Positions 1 through 11,300 of a stretch of DNA of 42,763 nt are shown here, piece by piece (the stretch's first letter is position 1; every line of letters starts with the position of its first letter). Origin of the DNA: Lama guanicoe (taxonomy: Eukaryota); contig MU053597.1 of assembly GCA_013239625.1 (NCBI GenBank), forward strand, positions 63,664 through 106,426, in the 5' to 3' direction. The position numbers were made by a program, and so were the translations under genes. A model generated the notes under the pieces. The model was not told where the DNA came from and did not search any database. It worked only from the letters and a program-made list of their open reading frames with translations.

Positions 1-785
1 TCTGTTCCATAGCTTGTCCCTGCTCCTAAACTGCTTCCTGTCACTCTCTCAGCCTGGGCTTCAACTTCCCCTCACTTAATTGATGATGGTCACACTTGCC
101 TCATAAGAATGCCATGAGAAATAAAGATGAACAGATTTTGAATGTTTTAGCACACTCCGTGGGATAATTGTTCATTCGGCACGTCCACCTCCACCACATA
201 CACACCGAAGGCCATTAACACCTCCAATCGATGTAACGACAAAACGCAAAACTAAACTCACATACATTTTGAAATGCCCCTGGAGATGGGGTACAAATCA
301 CACCCACTGACTGAGTACCCCTCAGTAAGCAGAAAGAAGGGAGAACAAGAACAGTGGGTAGAAAGCCAAAGAGAGACAATGAGGGAAGCACAAAATTTGA
401 TGAGGAACCAGCAGAAAAGGGCATCCTTCAGTGAATTTCACCTATCCTCTCAAGTCCCAGGTCCTTAGAAAACAAAGTCCTTCAGAACTCGATCCCGCCC
501 ATCCTAGCTGCCTCCACTCCAGCCTTCTCCACAAGGTATCCACCCACACCCCCCCTTCCCAGACAACTCCTGGTTTTCCCGACCGGATGTGCCGACCTCA
601 GACCTCTGTGCCTTGGCATGTGCATTCTGCTCTACCTGGAGTGCACTTCTCAAGGCAAACTCCCAGCACCAAGGTTTAAGAAGCCAGACACAGGCAGCCC
701 CACGCCACCCCGGCCTCCTGCCCCCACAGCACTCCCCATGGGCCTTCTGTGCTCCCGCCCAACTGCACCCCACTGTCTGGAGCAG

Positions 786-933
786 AAGCTACTGAAGGGC
801 AGGTGCCCCTTGAGTCCTCGCAGGGAACTGGTGCTCAATGAATTCTAAGGGAATGACCAAAGCTACTGAAGGGCAGGGTCCCCTTGAGGCCCCCGAGGGG
901 AACTGGTGCTCAATGAATTCTAAGGGAATGACC
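786..933. repeat. Tandem duplication, 2 x ~74 bp
   Basis: AAGCTACTGAAGGGCAGG...GGAACTGGTGCTCAATGAATTCTAAGGGAATGACC at 786-858 and 860-933; the differences are confined to the middle. Confidence 0.95.
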
Positions 934-1059
934 TTTCATGAAAGGTTTTTGTAAAAGGCTAAAAAAGCAACCCACGCGGAAAGCAGACAATAGATATTTT
1001 TGACTATGGAAAGCATGTGTTTTCGCAACTCTGATCTTTGGTTGAGTATCACTCAGGTA

Positions 1060-1200
1060 CCAGGCAGAGGTGCTCTATCACTTCCTAGCTCGGTAGCTGT
1101 GGGCAAATTAAGTAACCTCGCTGTGTCTCAAATTCCACTTAACTGAAAGCAACCAGCTCTGCAGTGTGGTTACCAGGACTAATTAATATATGCTTAGAAA
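1060..1200. mobile_element. MIR SINE relic
   Basis: CTGTGGGCAAATTAAGTAACCTCGCTGTGTCTCAAATTCC resembles the MIR core. Confidence 0.55.
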
Positions 1201-1989
1201 CAAAAGTAACAGAAAGTGTTGACTAAACTGTAGTTCTTACTAGCCTGCCGGAATCACAGACACATTAACAGGACCGGATACTGTACCCTCAGGAATATGA
1301 GCACAACAAAATTTTGGTTAAAACTATGTTTCTTTTAGGAGAGCTGAAAGTCAGAAAATTCAACAGCTTGTCCTCCAGCTGCACTGCTGCTCTCTGCAGT
1401 CCTCAGTACCGATCCCTAGTGAACACTATGTCCCCCGGCTCCGCTGACAATGTGGACTCCCAGGTCTCTGGTCTCTGACCACACCTCCTCCTCTTCTGTA
1501 GCTTGCCCGCTATGGACACCTAAAGTCAAGCATTCCTTCAGCTCAGCTCACACATTTTTTTCTCATCTTTTCCCCTCTCAAGGCTTCCATTAGGATCGCT
1601 ATGGAGATGACCTCACGACCTCTCAGTCACATTCAGAAAATGTTTCAAGCTGAATTTACCCAACACAGATATTTATTTTAAATTAGATCATGAAGCATAC
1701 AGCTTCAACTTCTCTCTTTCATAACATTTTCCCCTTTTTTCCCAATTCTTACACATCTCACCAGTCCTCAACTTCCTCTTCGTTTGCCCACCTCTTAAAA
1801 CTACTTGCTTGCCAAGGTTCCGTCTTTGGTCTTTCTGTTCTGTCTCACTGGTTCTTAACCTCTCTGGAATAATGAACCCTTTGAACATCTAATGAATGCT
1901 ATGCATTACTTACTAAAAAGATAAACACACGGGATATATGCATGCAAATTCACCTAACCAATGATCTCAAATAAAAATCTATGTTCATC

Positions 1990-2400
1990 CACACCAGACT
2001 ACCACTTACACAAATTTTCATCTAGATGCTATGTCCCTTTTATTTCCAGGATACAGCCTAAAGGGCCTCATAAACCAGCATCATGAACTTAACAAGTACA
2101 AACCAGAACTCACTATTTCTTCTTCAGAAACTTCCTCTGCCTACAGTATTCCTCCTCTAATAATGGCACCACCATGCCCCTAAGCTAGAAGCCTTGGAAT
2201 TAACAACCTTCCCCATACCACATCACCAGGTCCTGGCTCAGAATCTCTCCCAATCCAAATTCCTCTTCAGCCTCTTACCCTGTAAGGCCTCATTATCCTT
2301 TGCTTCATCCCATACCTGCCATGATCAAAAGTCCACCACTCCTCTGACAAGAGCCTGTTCCTGACTCTAACAGCTCCATCTTCCACGCCACTACATCACT
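1990..2400. mobile_element. L2 LINE relic
   Basis: AAACCAGAACTCACTATTTC...AATGGCACCACCATGCCCC...AAGCTAGAAGCCTTGGAAT resembles L2 3' region. Confidence 0.5.
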
Positions 2401-3009
2401 TCACCTCTAGAAGGTCACATAGCCTGATTCCCCATCTCAGTTTTCCCCGGGCACTGAGAGCATCTGTGATCTACATTCTCCCAAAATTTCAAAACTATTC
2501 ATGTGCCTGCCTCTTCTCAAAAGCGTTCATTCGTCTAAGGGCCCAAGGACGGGATGGGCAATACCCAGCCTCTCACCATGAGACCTGGTGACTTGCACAC
2601 TTACCAACACATGAACAGGAATCTGACCTACGACAGAGACGAGATGCTGTGGGCAGTAACATCTCTCCGTTACCTTCTAGGACCTTATTTCCTTTAGGTC
2701 TGACCTAATTTAATTTCTCCTATGGCTCCTAAGCCTCTGAGCTAAAGTGAATTTTCACAACTGTATACTGTGAGGCCCTCTGTTCCTTAAGAGAATGAAA
2801 ACATTCAAGTCTTTTATTTTGTTAATGAATTTTAACTATACTGTGTACCTAGCCAGCATACTTGGTAAAACATTCCCTTCTATACATTTCTAAACTTAAC
2901 AACTACTTCTGAAATAATGACGTTACTGATATAAGTTTGCTTGCAAGAGTAAAATATGCTAAAATTCCAATTTACTGATAACACTAATTAAGGAAAACAG
3001 GAAGTAATG

Positions 3010-3230
3010 AAAAGGGCTCCGGCCTCAGAAACCGGATCTGAGTCTATAATCTCAAGTCTGACTCTTTAGTTGTGAGACCTTAGGAACTGGCTTCACCTGG
3101 AAACACTCTCTTCTGAAACAGAGAGAGCACTGCCCTTCCCTCCCTGCAAGGTGGCTGTTCAGGTAACATGAGGTAACAGTACCTAGCAAAGTACCTGACA
3201 CTAAGTGTTCAGAAATAGTTTGCTTCCTTC
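3010..3230. mobile_element. MIR SINE relic
   Basis: TAGTTGTGAGACCTTAGG...GAGGTAACAGTACCTAGCAAAGTACCTGACAC resembles MIR. Confidence 0.55.
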
Positions 3231-4269
3231 ATTTAACACAAAGGACACACTCACAGGGAGAAGTTTAGGTATAAGGGAGCCTACACTTCCACAACTCTGC
3301 CAGCACTAAATACGACGTGTAGTTCGTTCTAATAAAACAGCAACACCGTCACCCCCATTCCACGAGCGCTTCTAAGGGACCTGGAGCCAGACAAGGGAGC
3401 GGGCACGTGGTTCTGCAAGAACTCCATCAGGGCTGCATACACACCGAGCACTAAAGCAGTAACAGGGAAAAGTCCACAGTCATTGTGCTAAAACGTATGG
3501 CTGCCTTTATGCTAGTACTGGAACTCACGCGGGGTGGTAAAAGGGGGGAAAGTCAAATTAGGCCCAACTCCAAACGACTCCTTAAGAAATCAAGACAGCG
3601 ATGCTGACTTACCTTTCCTGAAACGCCAACAGTACCATCCCAAAATCCATTTAAAAACTTCAAGATTGAAACATGCCACACCAACACTGGTGCCGCTTCA
3701 TGCGCTTTAGAAAGCCTGTGCAGGAGAGCACCCCTGGCAGCAGGGAAGGTGCTGAACCAAAGCCGTTTGCGGTAAACGCAGGCGAGGGGGGCAAACAAGA
3801 TGATTTAGGGGATGGGCACACATGCCGCTGTGGAACCCTTTCCAGACCAGAGCCGCCGCCATGAGCATCTTAAGGAATTCGCGGCTTCCCAATTCGACGT
3901 CAAGGGAAGGCCGCGCGGCCAGCACAAGGAGGTGAGGAGAGCCCGTTCCCAACCTAGGGTTCCCTGAGTGCCAGGTTCCCGGCCTCCACCCTCCCCACGG
4001 GCCCCTCCTCCACTCCCCGCGCCCAGCGAGGGCCGCCCAGGACAGGGCCCTCCCGCGAAGAGCCGCGAGGAACGCCCCAGTCGGAGCGGCCCGGCCCGCC
4101 CGACACCCCCGGCGCGCGGACGGCGGGGCTGCCCCTCTAGGGTCGGGGCCGGGCTCGGGGTTGGGGTCGCGAGGCCGGGGCCGACGCCGACGCCGCAGCT
4201 GCGCCCACCGAGGCCGGGCGGGGGCGTGCGCGGGCGGGCGCGGCCGGCACCCGGGGCACGGACACTCAC

Positions 4270-4560
4270 CACACGACGCCGTGGGAGCCCTCGCCGAGGT
4301 AGCAGGTTGCTGGAGCGCGGCCCCCCGTCGCACATCTGCCCGCGGACCACCTCGGGCGCGCGCCCGCCGCCGCCGCGCCGGGCACTGAGCTCCGCGGCCG
4401 CCGCTCGGCCAGCGCCGCGCTTCCCAGAGAGACTGCGCCGCCGCCGCTGGAGCCGCTGCCGCTGTGGAAAGGAGCAGGACTGGCAGCGCTCGAGAGACCT
4501 GACGAGCCGCCGTCAGCTCGACCAACTGCCGTCTGCCCGCCTGACGAACTGCCCGTTGGG
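4270..4560 (-). other. First exon (probably mostly 5' UTR) of an unidentified gene; TSS approximate
   Basis: Minus-strand splice donor GTG|GTGAGT (plus ACTCAC at 4264-4269) inside the CpG island. The start is inferred ~60-100 nt downstream of the CCAAT box. One ATG at 4335 is open to the donor. Confidence 0.72.
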
Positions 4561-4595
4561 CGGGCGGAGGGAGGGGCGCCGCTGAGGAGGGCGCT

Positions 4596-4666
4596 GGGGC
4601 GGGGCCGGAGCCGCAGAGTGCGCGCGCGCGGATTGGCTCCCGTGGCCTCGGGGGCGGGGCTGCGTG
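4596..4666 (-). promoter_or_regulatory. TATA-less core promoter: two Sp/KLF GC boxes flanking an NF-Y CCAAT box and a (CG)n tract
   Basis: GGGGCGGGGC at 4596-4605 and 4651-4660; GATTGGCT (minus AGCCAATC) at 4631-4638; GTGCGCGCGCGCG at 4618-4630. CCAAT orientation and the downstream donor both point to minus-strand transcription. Confidence 0.8.
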
Positions 4667-4728
4667 CTAAGGGAGGAGACACATGTGTGTAAACTAGTGT
4701 CCCCTGAGATTTGAGAAAGGAAGAGTGG

Positions 4729-4776
4729 GTCTATTACAGAATATTGAATATAGTTCCCTGTGCTACAGAGAAACCT
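4729..4776 (-). mobile_element. Very short L1 3'-UTR fragment
   Basis: TATTACAGAATATTGAATATAGTTCCCTGTGCTACAGAGAAACCT matches the reverse of the artiodactyl L1 3' terminal region. Confidence 0.7.
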
Positions 4777-5136
4777 CTTTCTTCCCACCCTTCTTTCTTC
4801 CTTCGCTCTCAACATCATCTCCTGCCTGCCCCTTCCTTCTTTCCTGATGTCATAGCCCAGTGCAAGTGGAGGAGGAGGCAAGCAATTCACAACTCTCTGT
4901 ACTATGATCAGAGGAGGACGCTCCGAGGTGGAAACATTTAAGCCCAGATCTGTGTGGAGTGTAAGGGACAGAGAATGGAAGGTGTACCGAATGGAAAGAC
5001 AACCGTGGACGTACTCCACGAGACAGCACATGGGGGGGATGACAGATGAGGTCATAGAGGGGCCAAAGCCAGGAAAGACCATGGAAAACCTCACCTGAAC
5101 TGTCCGGGGAGGCGGGTGTGTTCCATGGCTTAATGA

Positions 5137-5290
5137 GGAAAAAAAAAAAAAGGGGAGGGGGAAGGAAGGAAAAGAGGGAGGGAAGGGGGAGAGAGAGAAG
5201 GAGGGGAGAAGAGCAAGCAAACAAAGAAAGCAAGCAGAACCAAGATGAGTCCTGAGGCTGAGAAGGTGAGAGTGAATGAGAAATGGAGAA
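5137..5290. repeat. Polypurine low-complexity tract (A run, then GA-rich)
   Basis: Nearly pure A/G over 5137-5215, continuing purine-rich. Confidence 0.85.
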
Positions 5291-5483
5291 GCTGGAGGAG
5301 CCTGAAAGAACGTGTCTGGACTGCCTCTCTCAGCTGAGGCTCTACACCTAGACTTTGGATCTTGTCAGCCTCCTCTTCCCACATACTAATTTATTAGTTC
5401 ATGTAAGTGGAGCTGTTTCTGCAGCACCAAGGTCTAGCTCACTTCAAACAGTGCAGGACAGTTTTCAGTGTCTCTACAACTTT

Positions 5484-5538
5484 GTTAGGGCTGCCAGAAA
5501 AAGCACTGCAAACTGGGTGGCTTAAAGAACAGAAGTGT
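5484..5538. mobile_element. MaLR (MLT1-like) LTR terminal fragment
   Basis: TAGGGCTGCCAGAAAAAGCACTGCAAACTGGGTGGCTTAAAGAACAGAA matches a typical MLT1 terminus. Confidence 0.65.
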
Positions 5539-5599
5539 GAGATGTGCAAATAGTAACTACTGTATATAAAATAGATTAAAACTTTTCCATGAGTTTTAT

Positions 5600-6760
5600 G
5601 ATTGTTCATTTGAAAATGATGTGTTTTCTCCTCCTCTGGGTACTATTAAAAATTTCTCCTTGATTTTGATTTTAGCAGCTTGTCTATGATGCATTTATGT
5701 TTTTTTCTTTTATTTTTTTGTCCTCGAGATTTATAGAGATTCTGAATGTTTTGCTTGACCACTTCTCTGAGATTAGAAAACTCTCAGATATTGTTTCTTC
5801 AAATAATAGCTGTATCTCTATCCCACTTTTCTCTCACTCTTCCTCCCTCCTGCTTCTCCTCCTCTTCTCCCCTTCTCCTTATCTCTCGCTCTCTCTTTGC
5901 ATGTTACTTCAATAGTATACATACACGTTAGTGACTTCATTGCATGCTTATGTGTTACTTATGTTCCTTTTATGTTCTTATACACTTTCCATTATTTTTC
6001 TTTGTTTCAATAATTATTTTATATTTATTTATCTTTCAGATCACTAATTCTCTTTTATGCATTGTCTGTAGTTTTACTTATTGTATTTTTACAAATTTCT
6101 AATTGAACAATTTTATACACTAAGCATTGTAATCATATTTCACTTGAAGTCAGTGACTGATAACTCCAACATATAAGACATAGTTGGATCTGTTTCTATT
6201 GTCTTTTTTTCATAATTTCCTAATATTTTGGCCTGGCTCCAGGCATGCCTGATAATTTCTTATTTAATGTTGGATATCGCTTATAAAAATACATGCAGAG
6301 GAATTGGAAAACATCATACTGCTCCACAGAGGATTTAATTTTCTTTTGTCAGGAAGATAATGGCAGACAGATCTTCTGATCCAGTCAAGACTGGTCCATT
6401 TTCATACCTTTCCTACTCCTAGGGATGGTTGCAAGGGTAAGATTGTGTCTTCTTATTTTTCTGGGCCATAGCTGTAAGTGGCCATTAGTCTTAACAGTTT
6501 TAGCCTTCTCTTGCTCGGGCTCACAGAATGAGGTTGGTTCTAATTTCTTTTCTTCAGGATAGTCCTCCAAGTCACCTTTCCCACATGCAGAGAGTGATGT
6601 CTGCTCACAACCCTGGAATGCTGCTGGCCAGTGTCCTTAGCCTCGCTCATGATTTCTCCTCTGTTTCTGGGACATGAATAAGGATATCTTCTTTTCTTGG
6701 CAATATCTTCCTGATTTTTCCTCTGTGTATTTTATATGTCATTACTCTGTATTTTGAGTA
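5600..6760 (-). mobile_element. Old L1 (L1M-type) 5' region/ORF1 relic, antisense
   Basis: T-rich plus strand with L1M-like motifs (TTTTAGCAGCTTGTCTATGATG, TTTCTTCAAATA, TGACTGATAACTCCAACATA). Confidence 0.55.
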
Positions 6761-7423
6761 AATATGTGGTCAATGATGTTTTGTACATTTATTTTCCTAC
6801 TCCACCCCCTTTCTGATCTTCTACACTTTGGGGATGAATTCAGATATAATTTACATTAAGTTTATGTATCATTATTCATGATTTATATTATACCATTAAA
6901 TAATACCTTTTAATAATATATTTATATAAGAAAATACTAGCAAACAAAATTCAATGGCATATTAAAAAGATAGTCTACCATAATCAAGTAAAATCTGTCC
7001 CTGGGTTTCAAGGATAGTTCAACATATGCAAATCAATCAATCTGATGTGCCATATTAAAAAAAATGAAGGCTAAAAATTATACAATCATCTCAATAGATG
7101 CAGAAAAAGTGTTTAACAAAATGAAAAACCCTTTGATGATAACTCTCAACAAATTAGGTATAGAAGAAAAGTACCTCAACAAAATAAAAGTTGTGTATGA
7201 CAAGTTCACAGCTAACATCATGCTCAATGTTGAAAAACTGAAAGGTTTGCCTCCAAGAGCTGGAATAAGGCAAGGATGTCCATTTTTACTATCCAACATA
7301 GTACTGGAAGTCACAACCAGAACAATTAGGCAAGAAAAAAATAAAAGGCTTCTAAGTTAGAAAATAAGTAAAATTATCTCTGTTTGCAAATGACAAGACC
7401 TTATATGTAGAAGATTCTAACGA

Positions 7424-7425
<2 letters not shown>

Positions 7426-7465
<40 letters not shown>
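7426..7465. repeat. (AC)n microsatellite inside L1
   Basis: About 20 AC units. Confidence 0.95.
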
Positions 7466-7467
<2 letters not shown>

Positions 7468-8259
7468 CAACACACAAAAACCTATTGGGACTAATAAACA
7501 AATTCAGTAAATTCCATGATACAAAATCCATATTCATAAATCAGTTGAGTTTCTATACACCAAACTATGCAAAAATGAAATTACAAAAACAACCTAATTT
7601 ATTACAGCAACAAAAAGAATAAAATATTTAGAAAAAACTTAACCAAGAAGGCAAAATACTTTTACACTGAAAACTGTAAATCACTGATGACAAAAATTAA
7701 ACAGACATAAATAAATGGAAAGACATTCATGTTTATAGATTGGTACAATACTGCTGAAATGTGTGTACTATCTAAAGTGATCTATAGAGTCAATGATATC
7801 TCTTTTAAACTTCCAGTGGCCTTTTTCAGATATGGAAAAACAATTCTAAAATCCAAATGGAACCACAAATATCCCAAATATGCTCTTGAAAGAGAACAAA
7901 GCCTAAGGTATCACACTTCCTAATGTTAACCTATACCATAAAGGTATATTAATCAAAACAGTATGGAATTGGCATAAAAACCAATAAGTAGACCAGTAGA
8001 ACAGAACAGAGAGCTCAAAATAAATCTACACATGTAAGGCCAACTCACCTTTGACAGGAGCACCAAAAATACACAAATGGGGAAACAATAGTCTCTTTAA
8101 TAGTTTGGGGAAAACCAGATATCCACATACAAAAGAATGAAAGTAGACTCTTATCTTACACTATATACAAAAATTAAACTCAAAATAGATTAAAATCTTA
8201 AATGTAAGACCAGAAACCATAGAACTCATAGAAGAAAACATAGGATAAAATTCCTTGAC

Positions 8260-8260
<1 letters not shown>

Positions 8261-8307
<47 letters not shown>

Positions 8308-8344
8308 TTACAAAAAAAAAAAAAAAAAAAAAAAACCAAAAAAA
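8261..8344. repeat. Long poly(A) tract interrupting L1 ORF2
   Basis: A run of ~43, TCTTTTAC, A run of ~24, CC, A7. Confidence 0.9.
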
Positions 8345-11300
8345 CTTGTCATGCGCTCCCTACTATGATACCGAAAGCACAGGCAAAAAAGCAAAAATAG
8401 ATAAATTTGATTCCGTCGAACTAAAAGGCCTTTGCACAGCAAAGCAAATGATCATCAAAGTGAGAGGACAACAGCCTCTGGAATGGAAAGAAGCATATTT
8501 GCAAACCATATACCTGATAGTGTGTTAATAACCAAAATACATATAAAACTCCTAAAACTCAATAGCAAAGCACCAATCTGATTTCAAAAAATGAGAAAAG
8601 GAACTGAATAGACATTTCTCCAAAAAAGACAAACAACTGGCCAACGGGTAAATGAAAAGGTGCTCAACATCCTTAATCAGTAAGGAAATGCAAATCAAAT
8701 CACAATGTGGAAAAAACCCAATGTGCTATCACCTCATATTTATAAGGATGGCTATTATAAGCAAACAAACAAACAAAATGAAGAAACAAAACAAGATACC
8801 ACCGTTTGTAAGGATATGGAGGAAATGGAACCCTTGATCACTGTTGGTGGGAATGTAAACTGGTTATACCTATTACGGAAAATAATATGGAGATTCCTCA
8901 AAAAATTAAAAGTAGAACTATAGTATAATCTGGCAATCCCACTTCTGGGTATATGGGCAAAGGAACTCAAATCTGAATCCCTAACAGATATCTGCACTCT
9001 CAGGTTCACTGCAGCATTATTCACATTAGCCAAATATGGAAGCAACCTAAATGTCCATTGAGAAGCAAATGGATAAAGAAAATGTGGCATACATATAGCT
9101 AAATAACGGAATACTATTCAGAAGAAAACACAGACATTTGCCAACAATAGGATGAACCCAGAGGACATTATCCTACGCGAAACAGGTCAGACACAGCAGA
9201 ACAATAGATTGCATACTTATTGAACAAGGTAAGGCTTGCTGAGGGAGGGAGAATTTGAGTCACTTGAATGAGACATGATGGATATGGCTGGTTTTTAAAC
9301 ACGAGGGGCATGGCAGAGAAAAGGAATTGAAATGAGAACTGGCAAGGCTAAATCCTTTTTCAAATTATATGAAGCCTTTTTAAATCTAGTTTCTGCTACT
9401 TTTTCAGACTCACCTCTAACCATACACTTCTTTATACACTTTTGCAAGTTTTCAAAACACGTAATGAAGGCTAACAGAATAATTTAAATTAAATCCAATT
9501 ATAAAAAACTGCTCGTAGTTCCCAGAACACATCATACTCACTTAACTTTCTATACACTTTCCACCTAAGGCCTTCTGTCAGCCTTTAAGTATACTGTCTT
9601 GTGTCAGCAAAAATGCAGCCTCCTTGAAGCTGTTCTTAACTCATTCAGTCAGATGTGGGAGCTTTCTCTTTTATCTCCATCCCATGCCACATTTATCACT
9701 ATTCAGACAATGATGCTAAGTAACTGAGAAAGCTGACATGATTTTGGAGGAATTTCTGTGAGGATTATGAGGAAAGAATAGATTTTGGAAATCTGCAAAT
9801 ATAAGCATTTGGTTTCTGAGGAAGAACGAACATTTAAACCCTAAGCAAATTTGAAGTACCCTGTTGAGAGGACAGGTTAAATATATAAAGTCATAATAGC
9901 ATGTGCGGTAGGTGACAAGATCGACTGAGAAGCACGTGTTCTTGTTGGGATTCCAGTTTTTACTTGGATCTGAATCATGTTATCCATTTCGCTTTCTAGT
10001 TCTTCTGGCTAATGGGAAATACATAAAAGTGTGCATAATTCTAAATGTACAATAGAAACATGTCTATTTATAACCCTTAGTAGGAACTGTATTTACTAGA
10101 GAGATGGTCATTACAAAAGTTAGCACTTAGATAAAACTTTAAGTTTCTTTGCTTCAGTTGTTGTAAACTTTTTGAAATTGTTAGATAAATACTATCATTA
10201 CCTTTCATCAAAACTGTGTCCTCATATTCAGATACTCATTAACCAATTAATATCTATTGCCTTTCCTATCTGTATTATAATTCAATTCCTCTCTATATTA
10301 TGATTCCTTTCTAAACTATAATTTCTGTCAATATTATCAAAATCCCAGAGTAACAATTTAAACTCAGATTAGGGGGATTTGATTTATAAAAAATGTATTT
10401 TGTCTTAAGAAGAATATGCAAGTTAATAGCATCATTGCTTCATTTAGACCTCCTGAAGTTTGCCGCGTGTTACTTTTTTTATTCTTTACTTAAATTTTTA
10501 TATTTTATTACTTTGTGTTTTACTCTTCTGTCATCAATATAAAGTAATAAATCTGTAGAGAAAATTGTCAAAATAAATAAAAGTACAGAAAGGTTTTTAA
10601 ATAGTTTGCAATAACATTAGCCAATACTTTTATGTATCTAATGCATCCAATTATTCTTAGCTCTTTTTTCTATGTATCCATTGGACCAGTTTTAGGCACA
10701 CCCAAATTAGCTTTGTACTGAGAGTCCAGGAAAACTTCAAACACAATGTTCATTGTAGAGAGATGTAAGCACAACTGTAAAAACCATAGAAAGTTACCCT
10801 CTCCCTTTTCTTAGAACTTCTAAGTTATGAAGGTAAAAGAAAATGCAATTAGAATTATCCACTAAGAGCTTTATTTGTCACCTGCCATTCTCCGAATGCC
10901 TGCTGATAAAAGTGAGTTTGTAACTTGCAGATTTTCCTTGATAGACTGGAATTAGGAAAGTTTCCCTCTAAAGTGAGTGCTCCAGCTGCCACATGGGGAT
11001 AAATATAGAATCAATCAAATCAAAGTTTGGCAATATGGAAGCAAAAAATGCATTTGATCTATCCCAAAGATTTGTTATTTGCATAGAAATAAAATCATTA
11101 ACTCATTTGTTTTTTAAATTTTCCAAAGCTTAATTATAGCTTATTTGTTATTTGACCTGATTGTCTCTCTGGCTAGGAGAGCAGGTTTAACTGAGTTGTT
11201 CTTGTATTTCTCACTACTTGTGGGTGAAATAACTTTCCAGGCCACAAACCCAAGTTGGTAAGGGACAGTGATGTGCCACACTGTTCCCAGGCCTATATAG

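Larger units (their letters stand above)
1..4269 (-). other. Intron 1 of the minus-strand gene (continues beyond the window start)
   Basis: Follows the donor at 4269; contains MIR/L2 relics and no recognisable coding exon. Confidence 0.62.
3850..4670. promoter_or_regulatory. CpG island covering the promoter, exon 1 and start of intron 1 of a minus-strand gene
   Basis: Very high GC and dense CpG (runs of GCC/CGC, GGGCGG), in contrast to CpG-depleted AT-rich flanks. Confidence 0.93.
6930..9220 (+). mobile_element. 5'-truncated degenerate L1 (ORF2 RT domain to 3' UTR)
   Basis: Translations give ISIDAEKVFNK, GIRQGCP, EVTTRTIRQEK and MKRCSTSLISKEMQIK, all L1 ORF2 motifs; many stops and frameshifts. 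Confidence 0.95.

Noticed and set aside
786..933. CRISPR-like repeat-spacer arrangement
   Set aside because: Only two units, the 'spacers' are homologous, and the context is eukaryotic.
4270..4560. Assigning a gene symbol to the exon
   Set aside because: No coding exon in the window that I recognise; a BLAST search is needed.
3707..4682. Long overlapping ORFs (272, 205, 181 and 138 aa)
   Set aside because: Expected in a CpG island lacking stops; Pro/Arg/Gly/Ala low complexity, non-ATG starts, and they run through the splice donor.
4513..5233. 235-aa and 127-aa minus-strand ORFs
   Set aside because: Start in a polypurine tract and cross repeat fragments and the promoter; no protein features.
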